From contig CAWIIP010000005.1 of NCBI GenBank assembly GCA_963836235.1, positions 64,001 to 128,000 of the forward strand: a stretch of 64,000 nucleotides of DNA, read 5' to 3'. This document shows, piece by piece, positions 50,682 through 60,937 of the stretch (position 1 is its first letter; each line of letters starts with the position of its first letter). The notes beneath the pieces were generated by a model. The model saw nothing but the letters and a program-made list of their open reading frames with translations. It searched no databases and was not told where the DNA came from. This DNA comes from an uncultured Pseudomonadota bacterium (lineage in GTDB: Bacteria; Oederibacteriota; Muellerivitia; Muellerivitales; Muellerivitaceae). Position numbers and translations under genes: made by a program.

Positions 50682-51533
50682 TCATTGCCCACTTCCCAGC
50701 GGGAGAACAGGGGGCGCACTCAGTGTCGGCCAAAAAGCCAGCATGAGAGCGAATAAAACCGCGGCGTAAAACATTTGGCTGGGGCTGATCTTGCGGTGCA
50801 GGGCAAAGGTAAAAAGCCCTACAATCGCGGTAAAAAAAGTCAGCTTGAGAATGAACAACCCCACTTCTTTTTCCAATACCGACAAGTTGACGAAAACAAT
50901 CAAAACACCCAAAAGCAGGATGGAAGCCAGCTTTAAACCCCGAATCGCTTCCTGAAAACCATACTTTCGGAGGGTCAAAACCACCTGGTCGCTATGGCGA
51001 TACCCTTGCAGGAATCCCATGAGCCGGATGCCCACATGGGCGATATTGAAAACCGCCAGGAAGAGGAGCGGGATAATCCAATATTGCCCCTTGATCTGAA
51101 ACGCGTGGGACAAAACCAGCGTCACCGCGATCAACCCGCAATAAGGGCGGATGGTGGCCCAAAAAAGGTTGTCCCCCATGGCCGCGATAGGGCCCATCAT
51201 TCCAATTTTTAGCGCGCTGATCTCGTCCTCTTTCTGCTTTTGCTTGTTTCTGGGCTCCTTCTGTTTGTCCTCTTCCATTCGAAGGATAGCCCCCAACACG
51301 AAGGAAGCCATGTAAGGATGGGTATTGAAATACTCCATGTGCCGGGTCATGGCCTGGGCCCTCTCCTCGCGCGAAGTGTAAATTTTTCTCAAGACCGGCA
51401 TCAAGACAAAGGTTACCCCATAGCTCAAATAACGCTCGAAATTCCAAACCACCTGGAGAAAAAAGACCCTCCAAAAACAATGGGCCAAGTCAAAGACCGT
51501 AACCCGGGCCGCGGGCTTCTCGTCGGGGGTCAA
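50682..51533 (-). CDS. manZ: PTS mannose/fructose/sorbose family IID
   Basis: WNFER, RH.EYFNTHPY, K.GMMGP.A..GD..FW. Confidence 0.9.
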   Translation of the reverse strand: MTPDEKPAARVTVFDLAHCFWRVFFLQVVWNFERYLSYGVTFVLMPVLRKIYTSREERAQAMTRHMEYFNTHPYMASFVLGAILRMEEDKQKEPRNKQKQKEDEISALKIGMMGPIAAMGDNLFWATIRPYCGLIAVTLVLSHAFQIKGQYWIIPLLFLAVFNIAHVGIRLMGFLQGYRHSDQVVLTLRKYGFQEAIRGLKLASILLLGVLIVFVNLSVLEKEVGLFILKLTFFTAIVGLFTFALHRKISPSQMFYAAVLFALMLAFWPTLSAPPVLPLGSGQ

Positions 51534-52309
51534 GCGGGTTCCCCTTTCCCCACGTAAAACAAGGTGAGGATAAACCCCGCGAAGAGGGCAATGGCGACGA
51601 GGTAAACTCCCGGCAAGGGCGACAAGACCGCCAGGGTCATCATGGACACAATGGACAGGATCAAATAGATGGCGGTCTTTTTTTCAACCAAGAGGTCGAT
51701 GACCGCCGAGCACCCTAGGGCCAAGAGAAGCCAATGGGCATAGTAAAAACCTTCTATGACCTTGCCATCCAAAAGGCTGCCTAAAAGCGTATAAAACCCG
51801 GCGCTGAAATGGGCGATGGTCAGGCAAGCCGCCGACACGAGGAACCCTTTCAATAGTTGTTCCATCAACACGAAAAAGTTAATCCACTCAAATGTTTTTA
51901 AATGGGAGCTGAAGGCCATCCGCTGCGCGAAATGGAGCCACCGGACATGGAACTTACGTAGGGCCACTTCGACCTCCGTGCTCAAAACCGCCAGGGGGAT
52001 CGCGATTCCCAAAGCATAGGTCATGACGGCTTCGGGGCTTTGGCCTTTTACCAACCCACAGGCCAGGGCGACGGCGGTGCCCGTTAACATCGTCAGGTCC
52101 AGGGGTAAATGGGCGCCCACCGGCAAATCACCGATCCAAATGAGTTCTATCAAAGCCCCCATTTCCAATCCGATGTCGGCCCGTCCAATAAGCCAGCCCA
52201 CCACCGGGCCGGTCACAATAGGCCTTGAAACCATAAACTGGCCGACCGCCGTCTCGTCTAAACTTAAAAAGGCCATCACGAGCGCGATGGAAAACCAGTG
52301 ATCCATCAT
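51530..52309 (-). CDS. manY: PTS mannose/fructose/sorbose family IIC
   Basis: Q.M.SRPIV.GP..G...G....GL..GA..EL.W....PVGA..P. Confidence 0.88.
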   Translation of the reverse strand: MMDHWFSIALVMAFLSLDETAVGQFMVSRPIVTGPVVGWLIGRADIGLEMGALIELIWIGDLPVGAHLPLDLTMLTGTAVALACGLVKGQSPEAVMTYALGIAIPLAVLSTEVEVALRKFHVRWLHFAQRMAFSSHLKTFEWINFFVLMEQLLKGFLVSAACLTIAHFSAGFYTLLGSLLDGKVIEGFYYAHWLLLALGCSAVIDLLVEKKTAIYLILSIVSMMTLAVLSPLPGVYLVAIALFAGFILTLFYVGKGEPA

Positions 52310-54471
52310 TTGCCTTTTTTCTCCAATAGCTGGGTGACCACCTTCGTTTTAAAGGTTTCCGCGGGTTTGAGGGAGACTTCCCATCCCAATAAAAGACAGG
52401 AGCCTTGATAGACCTTCTCAAAACCACCCTCGGATTGGGAAATGGTTTCAACCGGATACCGCCAAAACTTGGCCGGATGGGGAGACTTAAAGTTGATTTC
52501 CAATTCCAACCAGCCGTCCCGCATGCCCATCTCCGTCACTCCCGTTTCCTCTCCAACACTGTTTAACCGGGGCTGGAGGAGATCCCGTCCTTTCACAAAA
52601 TAATTCCGGTCCGGAGAATCTCCCGCAAGGAGGGTAAGGTTCCATTCCACGAGAAAAAGGAAATTCTGGCTGTGAGGGCCCTTATTTTGGAGTTCGTAGC
52701 CTGCTTCCAGCGTGAAATCTCCTGCCTCAAACTCGAGTTTTTTAGCCAACTTTAACGGCAGTCCCTCCACATGCCCCAACCGGGATAGGACCACTTGTGC
52801 CGGTTGGCCTTTTTTCTTGGGTGCTTGGATTTTCGATTCAAATAGGCCGTTACGAAAATCCCCCCGTTCCTCGTAACGATTCGTCATCATTTGCTCAACC
52901 GTGGTTAAATCCGTCACGAAATGTTCGGTCAGGCTAACTCGGCGGGCCGAATCATAGAAAAGTTTCTTGTCCAGTCCTGGTTCCTTCATACGGACCATGT
53001 CATGGATGCTGGACACCCCACCCTGGGGCTGGCCCTGGTTTGCGGCGGCCACGAGTTTGTTATGGTAGGCCTCTTTGCGGCGGGTCAGGGTATCGGAAAG
53101 GTTGATTGGGTTTTTCAGGTAATCTAACTCGGTCAAGACCCCGCCAACAGTTTCCAACAGGGCGTGATAATTCAGGCTCTCCACGACAATTTCATCTCTT
53201 CCATCTTTATTGAAGTCCGTCTCTTGGACTTGTACCCCAAAAGTCGAAGAAGGCAGGAGGGATTCTGCCAGTTTTTCCGCTTCAATCAATTCACGGTAAA
53301 CGGCAAATCGCAAATGGTTCAAGTAAAGACCACCGAAAACACCATGCCAGTAAGGGCAATTGCACTCTCCCCGGTAAAGAGCCCGAACGGCTTTATCCAA
53401 AACCGCTTTTTGCTTAGAGGTGGCTTTTTTAGACAACCTCTGCCGGGCTTTCTCGACCTTGGCGGAGACCCATAAAAGCTTTTTATGCATATGACTGCTC
53501 TCGACATATTTGGTGAAAAAGTTTCGCCAAAATCCACCTTTTAAATAACGCTCGTAACGGGGCATTTCTCCCCGATCTCTCACCTCATGGCGGATGTGCT
53601 CAAATTCCTCGGCCGCGTCTGCCGGTAAAGCCCATTCTCCCATTTCGGTATAGGAACCCGTGGGCAGACTGAGGATGCCCTTTGGCGCCTGCTGGGCGAC
53701 ATATTCGGAGAATGTGGCCAGATTCAGCCAGGAGGAATTATCTTCCAGAGCGGTAAAGAACCTCTCCAACCAACCTTCCTCGTAAACCCACTTGTAGGTA
53801 TCAGGCCATCCCCCGAACTTTTCACCGTCGTCCATCAAGACCACGCAACGGTCCCCCTCTTCCGTGGCGACGGACTGGAGATATTGAAGGCTTTCTTCCA
53901 CGGCCTTGAAAGGAACCATGTATCGCATCTTTTCAGAAATGGGAAAAACACCCGCCGTTTCACCCTGCTCTTCCATGAGGTAATAGCCGAAGGTTTCCTC
54001 TTCCTTTAATCCCACGGCCTTGAAGTGAGCGTCGTCCATCACGATATATTTCACGCCAGCATCCGCGAGGTTTTTGGTCAAATGGGGTTCCCAAACACGC
54101 TCAGCGGTCCACATACCTTTCGCCTCAACTTTAAAATGCTTCCTTAGATAGTCGGTCAGCATCCGGATTTGTCCCGCCTTATCCCGATCCGGAAGAACCG
54201 ACAGAATAGGCTCATACATGCCCCCCGTAAAAAACTCAATCTGGCCCCGGTCGGCCATTTCCTTCAACATTTTGAAATAGGGGGGACGGTTTTGTTCCAG
54301 CCATTCCAAAAGGGGTCCGGTCACGTGAAAAGTGCATTTCACCTTGGGATGCCTATGGAGAATGTGGAGGAAGGGTTCATAAGACTTCTTGAACAATTCC
54401 TCAAAAACTTGACCGAAATTGCCTACCGGTTGATGGTTGTGGACACCGAAGATAAACGTGACTTTTTTCAC
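52306..54471 (-). CDS. GH57 alpha-amylase / 4-alpha-glucanotransferase (with DUF1925/DUF1926-type C-terminus)
   Basis: HNHQPVGN, YEPIL, W.AERVWEP, DDAHF, DDGEKFG.WP, SY.EM.EW, YWHGVFGGLYL, T.SQSE.GFE..YQG. Confidence 0.93.
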   Translation of the reverse strand: MKKVTFIFGVHNHQPVGNFGQVFEELFKKSYEPFLHILHRHPKVKCTFHVTGPLLEWLEQNRPPYFKMLKEMADRGQIEFFTGGMYEPILSVLPDRDKAGQIRMLTDYLRKHFKVEAKGMWTAERVWEPHLTKNLADAGVKYIVMDDAHFKAVGLKEEETFGYYLMEEQGETAGVFPISEKMRYMVPFKAVEESLQYLQSVATEEGDRCVVLMDDGEKFGGWPDTYKWVYEEGWLERFFTALEDNSSWLNLATFSEYVAQQAPKGILSLPTGSYTEMGEWALPADAAEEFEHIRHEVRDRGEMPRYERYLKGGFWRNFFTKYVESSHMHKKLLWVSAKVEKARQRLSKKATSKQKAVLDKAVRALYRGECNCPYWHGVFGGLYLNHLRFAVYRELIEAEKLAESLLPSSTFGVQVQETDFNKDGRDEIVVESLNYHALLETVGGVLTELDYLKNPINLSDTLTRRKEAYHNKLVAAANQGQPQGGVSSIHDMVRMKEPGLDKKLFYDSARRVSLTEHFVTDLTTVEQMMTNRYEERGDFRNGLFESKIQAPKKKGQPAQVVLSRLGHVEGLPLKLAKKLEFEAGDFTLEAGYELQNKGPHSQNFLFLVEWNLTLLAGDSPDRNYFVKGRDLLQPRLNSVGEETGVTEMGMRDGWLELEINFKSPHPAKFWRYPVETISQSEGGFEKVYQGSCLLLGWEVSLKPAETFKTKVVTQLLEKKGK

Positions 54472-54481
54472 TTTAGACCTC

Positions 54482-54976
54482 TCACTGACCGCTGTTCTTC
54501 AACTGATGAATGTATTTTTCCAATGATTCTTTGACATCACCTGGCACCGCTCGCACTTCCAGTTCCACTCCCTGCCTTTTTAGTTCTTTAAAGGACTCAA
54601 TATCAGCTTCATGAACGCAAACCGTTTTACTAACTTGTTGTTTCCCCTCACAAAAATGCATCCCCCCAACATTCACCGCCGATAAGGCCCCACCCCTCTT
54701 GCCAAACTCCACCACATCCGAAGGATTAGAAAAAAGAAGGAGGCTACGATCCTTGGAATCCCCCTTGCGACAGTTTTGGGCCGCCTCTTCCACGGTATAA
54801 AAACTCACCTTTAACCCCGAGGGAACCGCCATCTCCATGAGGGTCTTTTGCATCGAATTTTTGGCAATAACGTCATTTACCACGACCAGACGCTCAATTC
54901 CCAGGGCCTTAACCCAACCCACAACCACTTGCCCATGTATAAGCCGGTCATCAATTCGAATCAGTTGGATTTCCAT
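54482..54976 (-). CDS. PTS mannose family IIB
   Basis: RIDDRLIHGQV...W, VNVGGM. Confidence 0.93.
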   Translation of the reverse strand: MEIQLIRIDDRLIHGQVVVGWVKALGIERLVVVNDVIAKNSMQKTLMEMAVPSGLKVSFYTVEEAAQNCRKGDSKDRSLLLFSNPSDVVEFGKRGGALSAVNVGGMHFCEGKQQVSKTVCVHEADIESFKELKRQGVELEVRAVPGDVKESLEKYIHQLKNSGQ

Positions 54977-55002
54977 TCGGCCTCTCGAATCCAGAGTTAG
55001 CC

Positions 55003-55404
55003 CTATTTTTTAAGGAGTTCTAACGACGTCACAATACTTTCTCGGGTCGCGCTTTGAATCTCCGGAATCAACCGGTTCATTTCGGCTTCATCCCGACTCG
55101 AAACGACCTTGATCAGCATCGGCAGGTTCACTCCAGTCACAATCTGAAGTTTACGGGTTTGAGCCAACCGAAGAGCCACATTAAAAGGCGTGCCACCCAG
55201 CATATCCACCAATACCAGCGTCCCCGTTCCCATTGGATCCACGGTTTCAAGAGCTTTCTCCATTTTAACCTGGAAAGACTCCATAGAATCCTGTGAAATT
55301 AGATCGATCGCCAAAATGGCTTCCGTTTCACCCAAAATCATTCGGAGGGTGGAAAGAAGGGCGAGGCCGAGTTCCCCGTGGGTTGCCACAATCACGCCTA
55401 TCAT
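55003..55404 (-). CDS. PTS mannose family IIA
   Basis: VATHG, VDMLGGTPFN, TGVNLPML. Confidence 0.93.
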   Translation of the reverse strand: MIGVIVATHGELGLALLSTLRMILGETEAILAIDLISQDSMESFQVKMEKALETVDPMGTGTLVLVDMLGGTPFNVALRLAQTRKLQIVTGVNLPMLIKVVSSRDEAEMNRLIPEIQSATRESIVTSLELLKK

Positions 55405-55752
55405 TAAAAATCTCCTTTAAAATCGCCAAAAGGTTTTTTGAGTCTGTTTCAATAGTCCGAAGATGCTTTTTTTCACCAAGAGATTAAAAGGAACCCCCGG
55501 CATTATCAACTTAATGTTCCCGGGAATGGGGATATAACCGAGAAATCCCAGCGGAGAGCCAGAAAAATCAGAGTAAATACATGGTTTTCAATAATAAAAA
55601 TCGACTGCTTGTTACTTTTTGGGCACTGAAATTGAAAAAAGCGGAAACCTCTCCACGTTGACATTCACCATTTCAATGGACAATCTTATGAAGGAAAGCA
55701 TTTCTTGGCGCCTGTTAAAGATAAAGCTGCTCAGGTATCGTTCGAACATTAA

Positions 55753-57024
55753 TTACATTACCAGCCTTCGGACAATGGCTTTTCCCAGCTTTTCCGGGCT
55801 ATGCCGCACGTAATCTTCCTGATGGAGTAAATTCACTTGTATTAATTCAACATCAAGAGCCTTAACTGCTTCTTCATCCACCACAACGGGCTTCTGTCCA
55901 TTAGCTTCGTAACGGGCCAATAGTTGCGCGGGAACCTTTTCCTTGTTAGCGATGACGTAGTGGATAAACCCAGGACTGGTGTGCTTGAGGATGGCTTTCA
56001 CGTGGTCAGAAACGGTAAGGTTATCCGTTTCTCCCGGTTGTGTCATGACATTACAAACATACATTTTCACCGCGCGGGCCAGGGCGATCGTTTCGGCCAC
56101 TTCCGGAATCAAAAGATTCGGAAGAATGCTGGTATAAAGACTACCCGGCCCAAAGACAATGGCGTCCGCTTCCAATATGGCCTTCAAAACATCTTTGTTG
56201 GGGCGGATTTTTTTTTCTTTTAGCATAATCCGGTCAATAGGGGATTTTCCGTTTGGAATCCGGGATTCCCCAGTAATAATTTTTCCATTTTTCAGCTTGG
56301 CCTGGAGCGTCATATTCTCGAAAGTGACGGGCATGACGGTGCCCCGGGTCGCCAATACACGGCTGGATTCCTCCACGGCCCTGCCAAAATCACCCGTGAT
56401 TTCCTTCATAACTGTAATAAAAAGATTTCCAAAACTATGGCCCTTCAGGTCGCCGTGGCCCTTGAACCGATATTGGAAAAGATCTTTGAGGAGGGTTTCC
56501 TGGTCGGATAAAGCAACAATGCAATTGCGGATGTCCCCCGGAGGCGGGGTTCCAAAATCCCTTCTGAGCCTACCCGAACTTCCGCCGTCATCGGCGACCG
56601 TCACAACCGCGGTAAGGTTGCTGGTGTAGTGTTTGAGGCTGGAAAGGACATTGGGAAGCCCCGTACCCCCGCCCACCGCCACAATCCGGGGCCCGCGCTT
56701 GAGGCGTGTTCGCTGATAGGCGATATTGATGAATTCCTTCTCCCTCGCAGGAGCGTAAACCGTGAGTACCGAAAAGATCAAACGCCTTATACCCAAAATC
56801 AGCCCCCAAAAAGCCAGGAGCATGAAAAGAAAATCGACGAACTTGAGGTGTTTGAGGTGATCTTCCAGTTCGACAATTACCGGTGGGCGCAAATGGATAC
56901 CCCCCGTATGTTGACTCATGACGCCTGAGAATCCGACGTAAAGGACAATCATCGAGAGGACAATGAGAAAAATCCAGCGTTTGAGACGCAAACCAGGATA
57001 GAGCCAGGGGAAACTCAACATCAA
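55753..57024 (-). CDS. yvcK: YvcK/GlmR (CofD-related) UDP-GlcNAc-binding protein with N-terminal TM extension
   Basis: WLYPGLRLKRW plus 2 TM; GGGTGL, VADDGGSSGRLR, PPGDIRNC, GPGSLYTS, NVMTQPGET. Confidence 0.92.
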   Translation of the reverse strand: MMLSFPWLYPGLRLKRWIFLIVLSMIVLYVGFSGVMSQHTGGIHLRPPVIVELEDHLKHLKFVDFLFMLLAFWGLILGIRRLIFSVLTVYAPAREKEFINIAYQRTRLKRGPRIVAVGGGTGLPNVLSSLKHYTSNLTAVVTVADDGGSSGRLRRDFGTPPPGDIRNCIVALSDQETLLKDLFQYRFKGHGDLKGHSFGNLFITVMKEITGDFGRAVEESSRVLATRGTVMPVTFENMTLQAKLKNGKIITGESRIPNGKSPIDRIMLKEKKIRPNKDVLKAILEADAIVFGPGSLYTSILPNLLIPEVAETIALARAVKMYVCNVMTQPGETDNLTVSDHVKAILKHTSPGFIHYVIANKEKVPAQLLARYEANGQKPVVVDEEAVKALDVELIQVNLLHQEDYVRHSPEKLGKAIVRRLVM

Positions 57025-57992
57025 ATTTTGCCCTTGAGTTTGGGAGAATTGCGCCTGGCCGTTTCCTCCGCCATCATACGGGAAACTCGGTCGGCAAACT
57101 CCTGGGCAGTGAAGTAACCCAGTTTCATCAGGCGGTGGTTCATGGCCGCTACTTCGATGATCACCGCCAGGTTCCGGCCCGGCCTCACCGGAATAAGGAA
57201 CATGGGAATTTCCACGTCAAAAATCTTGTGCGTGGCGGGCGTCAAGCCCAGCCGGTCGTATTCCTTTTTATTGTCCCATTCTTCTAACCGGATAATCAGT
57301 TCGATACGTTTTTTGTCGCGAATCGCTCCCACACCAAAGAGACTTTCAATATTAATGATCCCCAAGCCTCTTATCTCCATGTGATGCTTGATGATTTCAG
57401 ACCGGGAACCCATCAATATCCGGTTGGCCAGCCGCTTGATGTAAACCAGGTCGTCCGCCACCAGCCGGTGGCCACGTTCTACCAGATCCAAGGCGCACTC
57501 ACTTTTCCCGATGCCCGAGTTTCCCAAAATAAGTATCCCCACTCCATAGACATCCAAAAGCGTCCCATGGATGGTCGTTTCAGGGGCGAATTCCTCCTCA
57601 AGGAAAACCGAAATTTCAGAAACAAACTTGGTCGTGGGCGTAACAGTCGAGAAAAGGGGGATTTTCCGCGCCTCGGCCTCGGAAACCAAATCTGTGGGCG
57701 GTTTCATTTTGTGGGTCACTACGATGCAGGGAAGCCGATGGGACAATAGGGTCTTCAATATTTTTTTACGCTGGGTTGGTTTTAGCGTTCGAAGGAAATG
57801 GATTTCGGTTTTCCCCAAAATCTGGAGGCGTTCGTAAGGAAACCACTTGAGGTACCCGGTCAGGGCCATTCCCATCCGGTTGATGTCCACACTGACGATA
57901 AACCGATCGGACATTCCCGCTTCGGCCACGGGGGAAAGATGGAGCCGTTCCTTGGCCTGTTGAAAAAAAGACTCCACGGAAATTTTCTTCAT
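57021..57992 (-). CDS. hprK: HPr kinase/phosphorylase
   Basis: HG.L.DVYG.G, G.SGIGKSE.AL.LV.RGHRLVADD, EIRGLGII, PVRPGRN. Confidence 0.97.
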   Translation of the reverse strand: MKKISVESFFQQAKERLHLSPVAEAGMSDRFIVSVDINRMGMALTGYLKWFPYERLQILGKTEIHFLRTLKPTQRKKILKTLLSHRLPCIVVTHKMKPPTDLVSEAEARKIPLFSTVTPTTKFVSEISVFLEEEFAPETTIHGTLLDVYGVGILILGNSGIGKSECALDLVERGHRLVADDLVYIKRLANRILMGSRSEIIKHHMEIRGLGIINIESLFGVGAIRDKKRIELIIRLEEWDNKKEYDRLGLTPATHKIFDVEIPMFLIPVRPGRNLAVIIEVAAMNHRLMKLGYFTAQEFADRVSRMMAEETARRNSPKLKGKI

Positions 57993-58032
57993 GGTCCCCG
58001 TCGCTTTGGCTTTTTCCCTGCCGGGAAGCCGG

Positions 58033-58497
58033 TCAATGCTTAAGTTTTTCTTCTTCTTGGATGATTTTGACCACGTCCTCGGGGGTTTTCGCCGAGAGGA
58101 GCGACTTGCGGAAATATTTATCTTTTAAGAGGCTGGAAATACGGGCCAAGGCTTTCAAGTGGGCCCCCGCAGCTCCTTCCGGGGCCACCAGCAGGAAAAA
58201 AATATTCACAGGCTCACCATCCAATGAGTCAAAGCTGATCCCGTCGACAGAAAGCCCGAAAGCCGCCGCCAAATCCGAAACGGTATCCGACTTTCCATGG
58301 GGAATGGCTATTCCCTGGCCAATTCCTGTGGAGCCAAGCTCTTCACGCTCCATGAGTGTCTGAAGCATTTTCTTTTTGTCCTTCACTTTGCCCGTTTTGA
58401 CCAAAAGTTCCACCATCTCTTTAATGGCGTCTTTCTTGTTTTTGGATTCCAGGGACATCTTGATGGCGTCAGCCGTTAAAAAATCCAATATCTGCAT
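58033..58497 (-). CDS. ptsN: PTS IIA (Ntr/fructose type)
   Basis: REELGSTGIGQGIAIPHG, FDSLDGEPV, HLKALARIS; follows hpf. Confidence 0.88.
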   Translation of the reverse strand: MQILDFLTADAIKMSLESKNKKDAIKEMVELLVKTGKVKDKKKMLQTLMEREELGSTGIGQGIAIPHGKSDTVSDLAAAFGLSVDGISFDSLDGEPVNIFFLLVAPEGAAGAHLKALARISSLLKDKYFRKSLLSAKTPEDVVKIIQEEEKLKH

Positions 58498-58554
58498 GAA
58501 ACTTCCTCCCGAAAAGCCAGTTGATAACTTTCAGCCGCAACTAAAACCCGCCGT

Positions 58555-59094
58555 TCAATATTCCGGCTCAATCAGACCGATATGATGATCCTTCCGCTTG
58601 TAAACCACTCCCGTTCGTTCGGTCTCGGCATTCGAAAAAACCAAAAACTCATCTTTGGAAGAAGCCAATTGTAAAGCTGCTTCCTCAATCGTCATGGGCT
58701 TCACTGCGTATTTTTTAGTTCGTAAAACCTTGACTCCATCTCCTTCCATCGATGCCGGAACAAGTCCAAAAGGTTTCGAACTCATGGCTTTAGGATGTTC
58801 GGGTCGATGATGTTCCGCTCGTTTGTCTTTTTGCTTGTGCGCCTGCTTCTCCAATCTTTGCAGCGCCACGTCAATGGATTGATACATATCGTGGGAGGAA
58901 GCCTTGGCGCTTAATTTCAAGCCCTTTGCGCTCAAGGTTACTTCGCAAATATGCAACTTCCTCTCAAAGTTCAATACCACATGAGCTTCTTTGATTTTTC
59001 CCAAGTATCTTTCCACTCGCTGAATCTTGTCCTCAATGTGGATTCTTAATCCATCGGTGAGTTGCTCATGGCGGCTGGTAATATGAATTTTCAT
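58555..59094 (-). CDS. hpf: Long-form ribosome hibernation promoting factor
   Basis: DMY.SID, KPMTIEEA..QL, VVYKRKD..IGLIEP; downstream of rpoN. Confidence 0.92.
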   Translation of the reverse strand: MKIHITSRHEQLTDGLRIHIEDKIQRVERYLGKIKEAHVVLNFERKLHICEVTLSAKGLKLSAKASSHDMYQSIDVALQRLEKQAHKQKDKRAEHHRPEHPKAMSSKPFGLVPASMEGDGVKVLRTKKYAVKPMTIEEAALQLASSKDEFLVFSNAETERTGVVYKRKDHHIGLIEPEY

Positions 59095-59170
59095 TATTTT
59101 TCCTATTGGATAAAAAAGACCGGATTTCTTCAGCCCTATTCGGGCGGAAAAACCCTATAAAAGAATTGTC

Positions 59171-59198
59171 ATTCTAACACTCGAAAACCGGAAGTCAA
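59171..59198 (-). promoter_or_regulatory. Sigma70 promoter candidate for the hpf-ptsN-hprK-yvcK genes
   Basis: TTGACT-16 nt-TAGAAT with extended -10 TG, in the rpoN-hpf gap. Confidence 0.55.
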
Positions 59199-59283
59199 TC
59201 CGCACTCGGTTTTCATAACATTGGACAGCCAGAAGTTCCAAGAGGAATCACTTTGTCTCCAAATAGAATGTTCAATTGATTTG

Positions 59284-60813
59284 TCACAATTTTCGCCGTT
59301 GGGAAGCCGAAGGAATCTTGAGTTCTTCACGGTATTTGGCGATGGTACGGCGAGCGATACTGAGTCCCTGGTCGTTTAAGACTTGCATGATCTTTTGATC
59401 CGAAAAGGGTTTTTGAGGGGATTCCTGAGAAACCAGTTCCTTTATCTTTTCCTTGACCGACAAAGAAGACACATCCAAACCGTCCACCGATTCTAACCCG
59501 CTGGTGAAAAAATATTTTAATTCAAATAATCCCCGAGGAGTCTGAACGTACTTGTGGGTGGTCACCCGACTGACCGTGGATTCATGCATGCCGATGATGT
59601 CGGCAACTTGCTTTAACGTCAGGGGCTTTAAAACACTGATTCCAATTTCAAGAAAATCCCTTTGAATGCGGAAAATGGCTTCCGTAACCCGGAAGATGGT
59701 TTTACGCCGTTGCTCGATATTCTTGATCAGCCAAATAGCGGATTGAATCTTATTTTCCAAAAACTTTTTGGTTTCTTTCCCCTCAAGAGCTTTTTTGTCC
59801 TTCATTAGCCTTCGGTAATAAGGCGAAATCCGAAGTTTTGGCACCGGTTCGTCGTTCAAAACCACAACGTACTCCCCGTCCATTTTACGAATGTACACAT
59901 CCGGCGTGATGTACTTAGTCTCATTCTCCTGAAAGGACCTTCCCGGCTTCGGCTCCAGCGTTGCGATAAAAGTCAAAATTTCCCTTAATTGTTCATCGGT
60001 GCAACCCAAGGCTTTGGTAATAGCGGGATATTTTCTCTTTTCCATTTCCTCGAAATGGTCATGCACCACTTGGTAGGATTTGCGGGCCGTTTCTCCAGTT
60101 TTATTTTCCAATTGGAGCAAAAGACACTCCCTTAAATTTCGCGCACCCACCCCCGCCGGCTCAAAGGTCTGGATCAACCCCAAAATCCTCTCTATCTCTA
60201 GGGGTGATACTTCTTGTGATGTCGCGATATCCTCCACCTTGTCCGTTAAATACCCGTTATCGTCCAAGTTTCCGATGATGACTTTACCAAGGATCTTTTC
60301 CTGATCATCCTTGGCAACCAGCAGTAACTGCCATTCCAAGCTTTCAGAGAGAGTCTGAGAACGGGTGATGGAAGCTTCAATAAAATCCCGTTTTTCTTGG
60401 TCGGTTTGGGAACTCTCCCTGCCGCCATATTCGGTGTCGTTGGATTCCCCATATTCCTCCGACTCTCTGTAAAGATTCCAGGTGTCGTCGCTGAATCGAT
60501 CGCCATCCTTTAAATGCTCCACCAAGTCAGTCTGATGACGGTCGCGAGCCAATTCCAAAAGTTTGTCGGAATCAGGATTGGATTGTTCTGCGGGAGGAGC
60601 ATCTAATGGTTCGGTAGGAGAAGCTTTATCAATGGTCTCAACTGGAGTTTCTTCATTTTCTTCCTCCAAGGTGGGGTTCTCCAGCATTTCCTTTTCCACC
60701 CATTCCTTCAATTCCAGAGTGGAAAGTTGAAGGATCTTCATGGCTTGTTGCAGCATCGGAGTCATAATCATCCGTTGCTGCATCTTTTGGTTCATTCCGA
60801 ACTGCTGCCGCAT
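59284..60813 (-). CDS. rpoN: RNA polymerase sigma-54 factor
   Basis: Gln-rich region I (MTPMLQQAMKILQL), GVGAR.L.ECL.LQ, HESTVSR, RpoN box ARRTIAKYRE. Confidence 0.97.
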   Translation of the reverse strand: MRQQFGMNQKMQQRMIMTPMLQQAMKILQLSTLELKEWVEKEMLENPTLEEENEETPVETIDKASPTEPLDAPPAEQSNPDSDKLLELARDRHQTDLVEHLKDGDRFSDDTWNLYRESEEYGESNDTEYGGRESSQTDQEKRDFIEASITRSQTLSESLEWQLLLVAKDDQEKILGKVIIGNLDDNGYLTDKVEDIATSQEVSPLEIERILGLIQTFEPAGVGARNLRECLLLQLENKTGETARKSYQVVHDHFEEMEKRKYPAITKALGCTDEQLREILTFIATLEPKPGRSFQENETKYITPDVYIRKMDGEYVVVLNDEPVPKLRISPYYRRLMKDKKALEGKETKKFLENKIQSAIWLIKNIEQRRKTIFRVTEAIFRIQRDFLEIGISVLKPLTLKQVADIIGMHESTVSRVTTHKYVQTPRGLFELKYFFTSGLESVDGLDVSSLSVKEKIKELVSQESPQKPFSDQKIMQVLNDQGLSIARRTIAKYREELKIPSASQRRKL

Positions 60814-60937
60814 AACTCATGCCACCTAAAGAAGAATGTCTTGAGCAAGAATTATACCTTTTTATGGTTTAGAGGTACCCATTAAAAGGATCAAGTTCCA
60901 GGCAGTATAGACAATCAAAACAACTGAAGAAATTCGC

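Noticed and set aside
55480-55560. Possible 6S-like or other ncRNA in the yvcK-IIA gap
   Set aside because: Only a short imperfect hairpin; no long closing stem or usual synteny
55619-55636. Sigma54-like site GGCAC-N5-TTGA
   Set aside because: Has GA instead of the near-invariant GC at -12 and points antisense into yvcK
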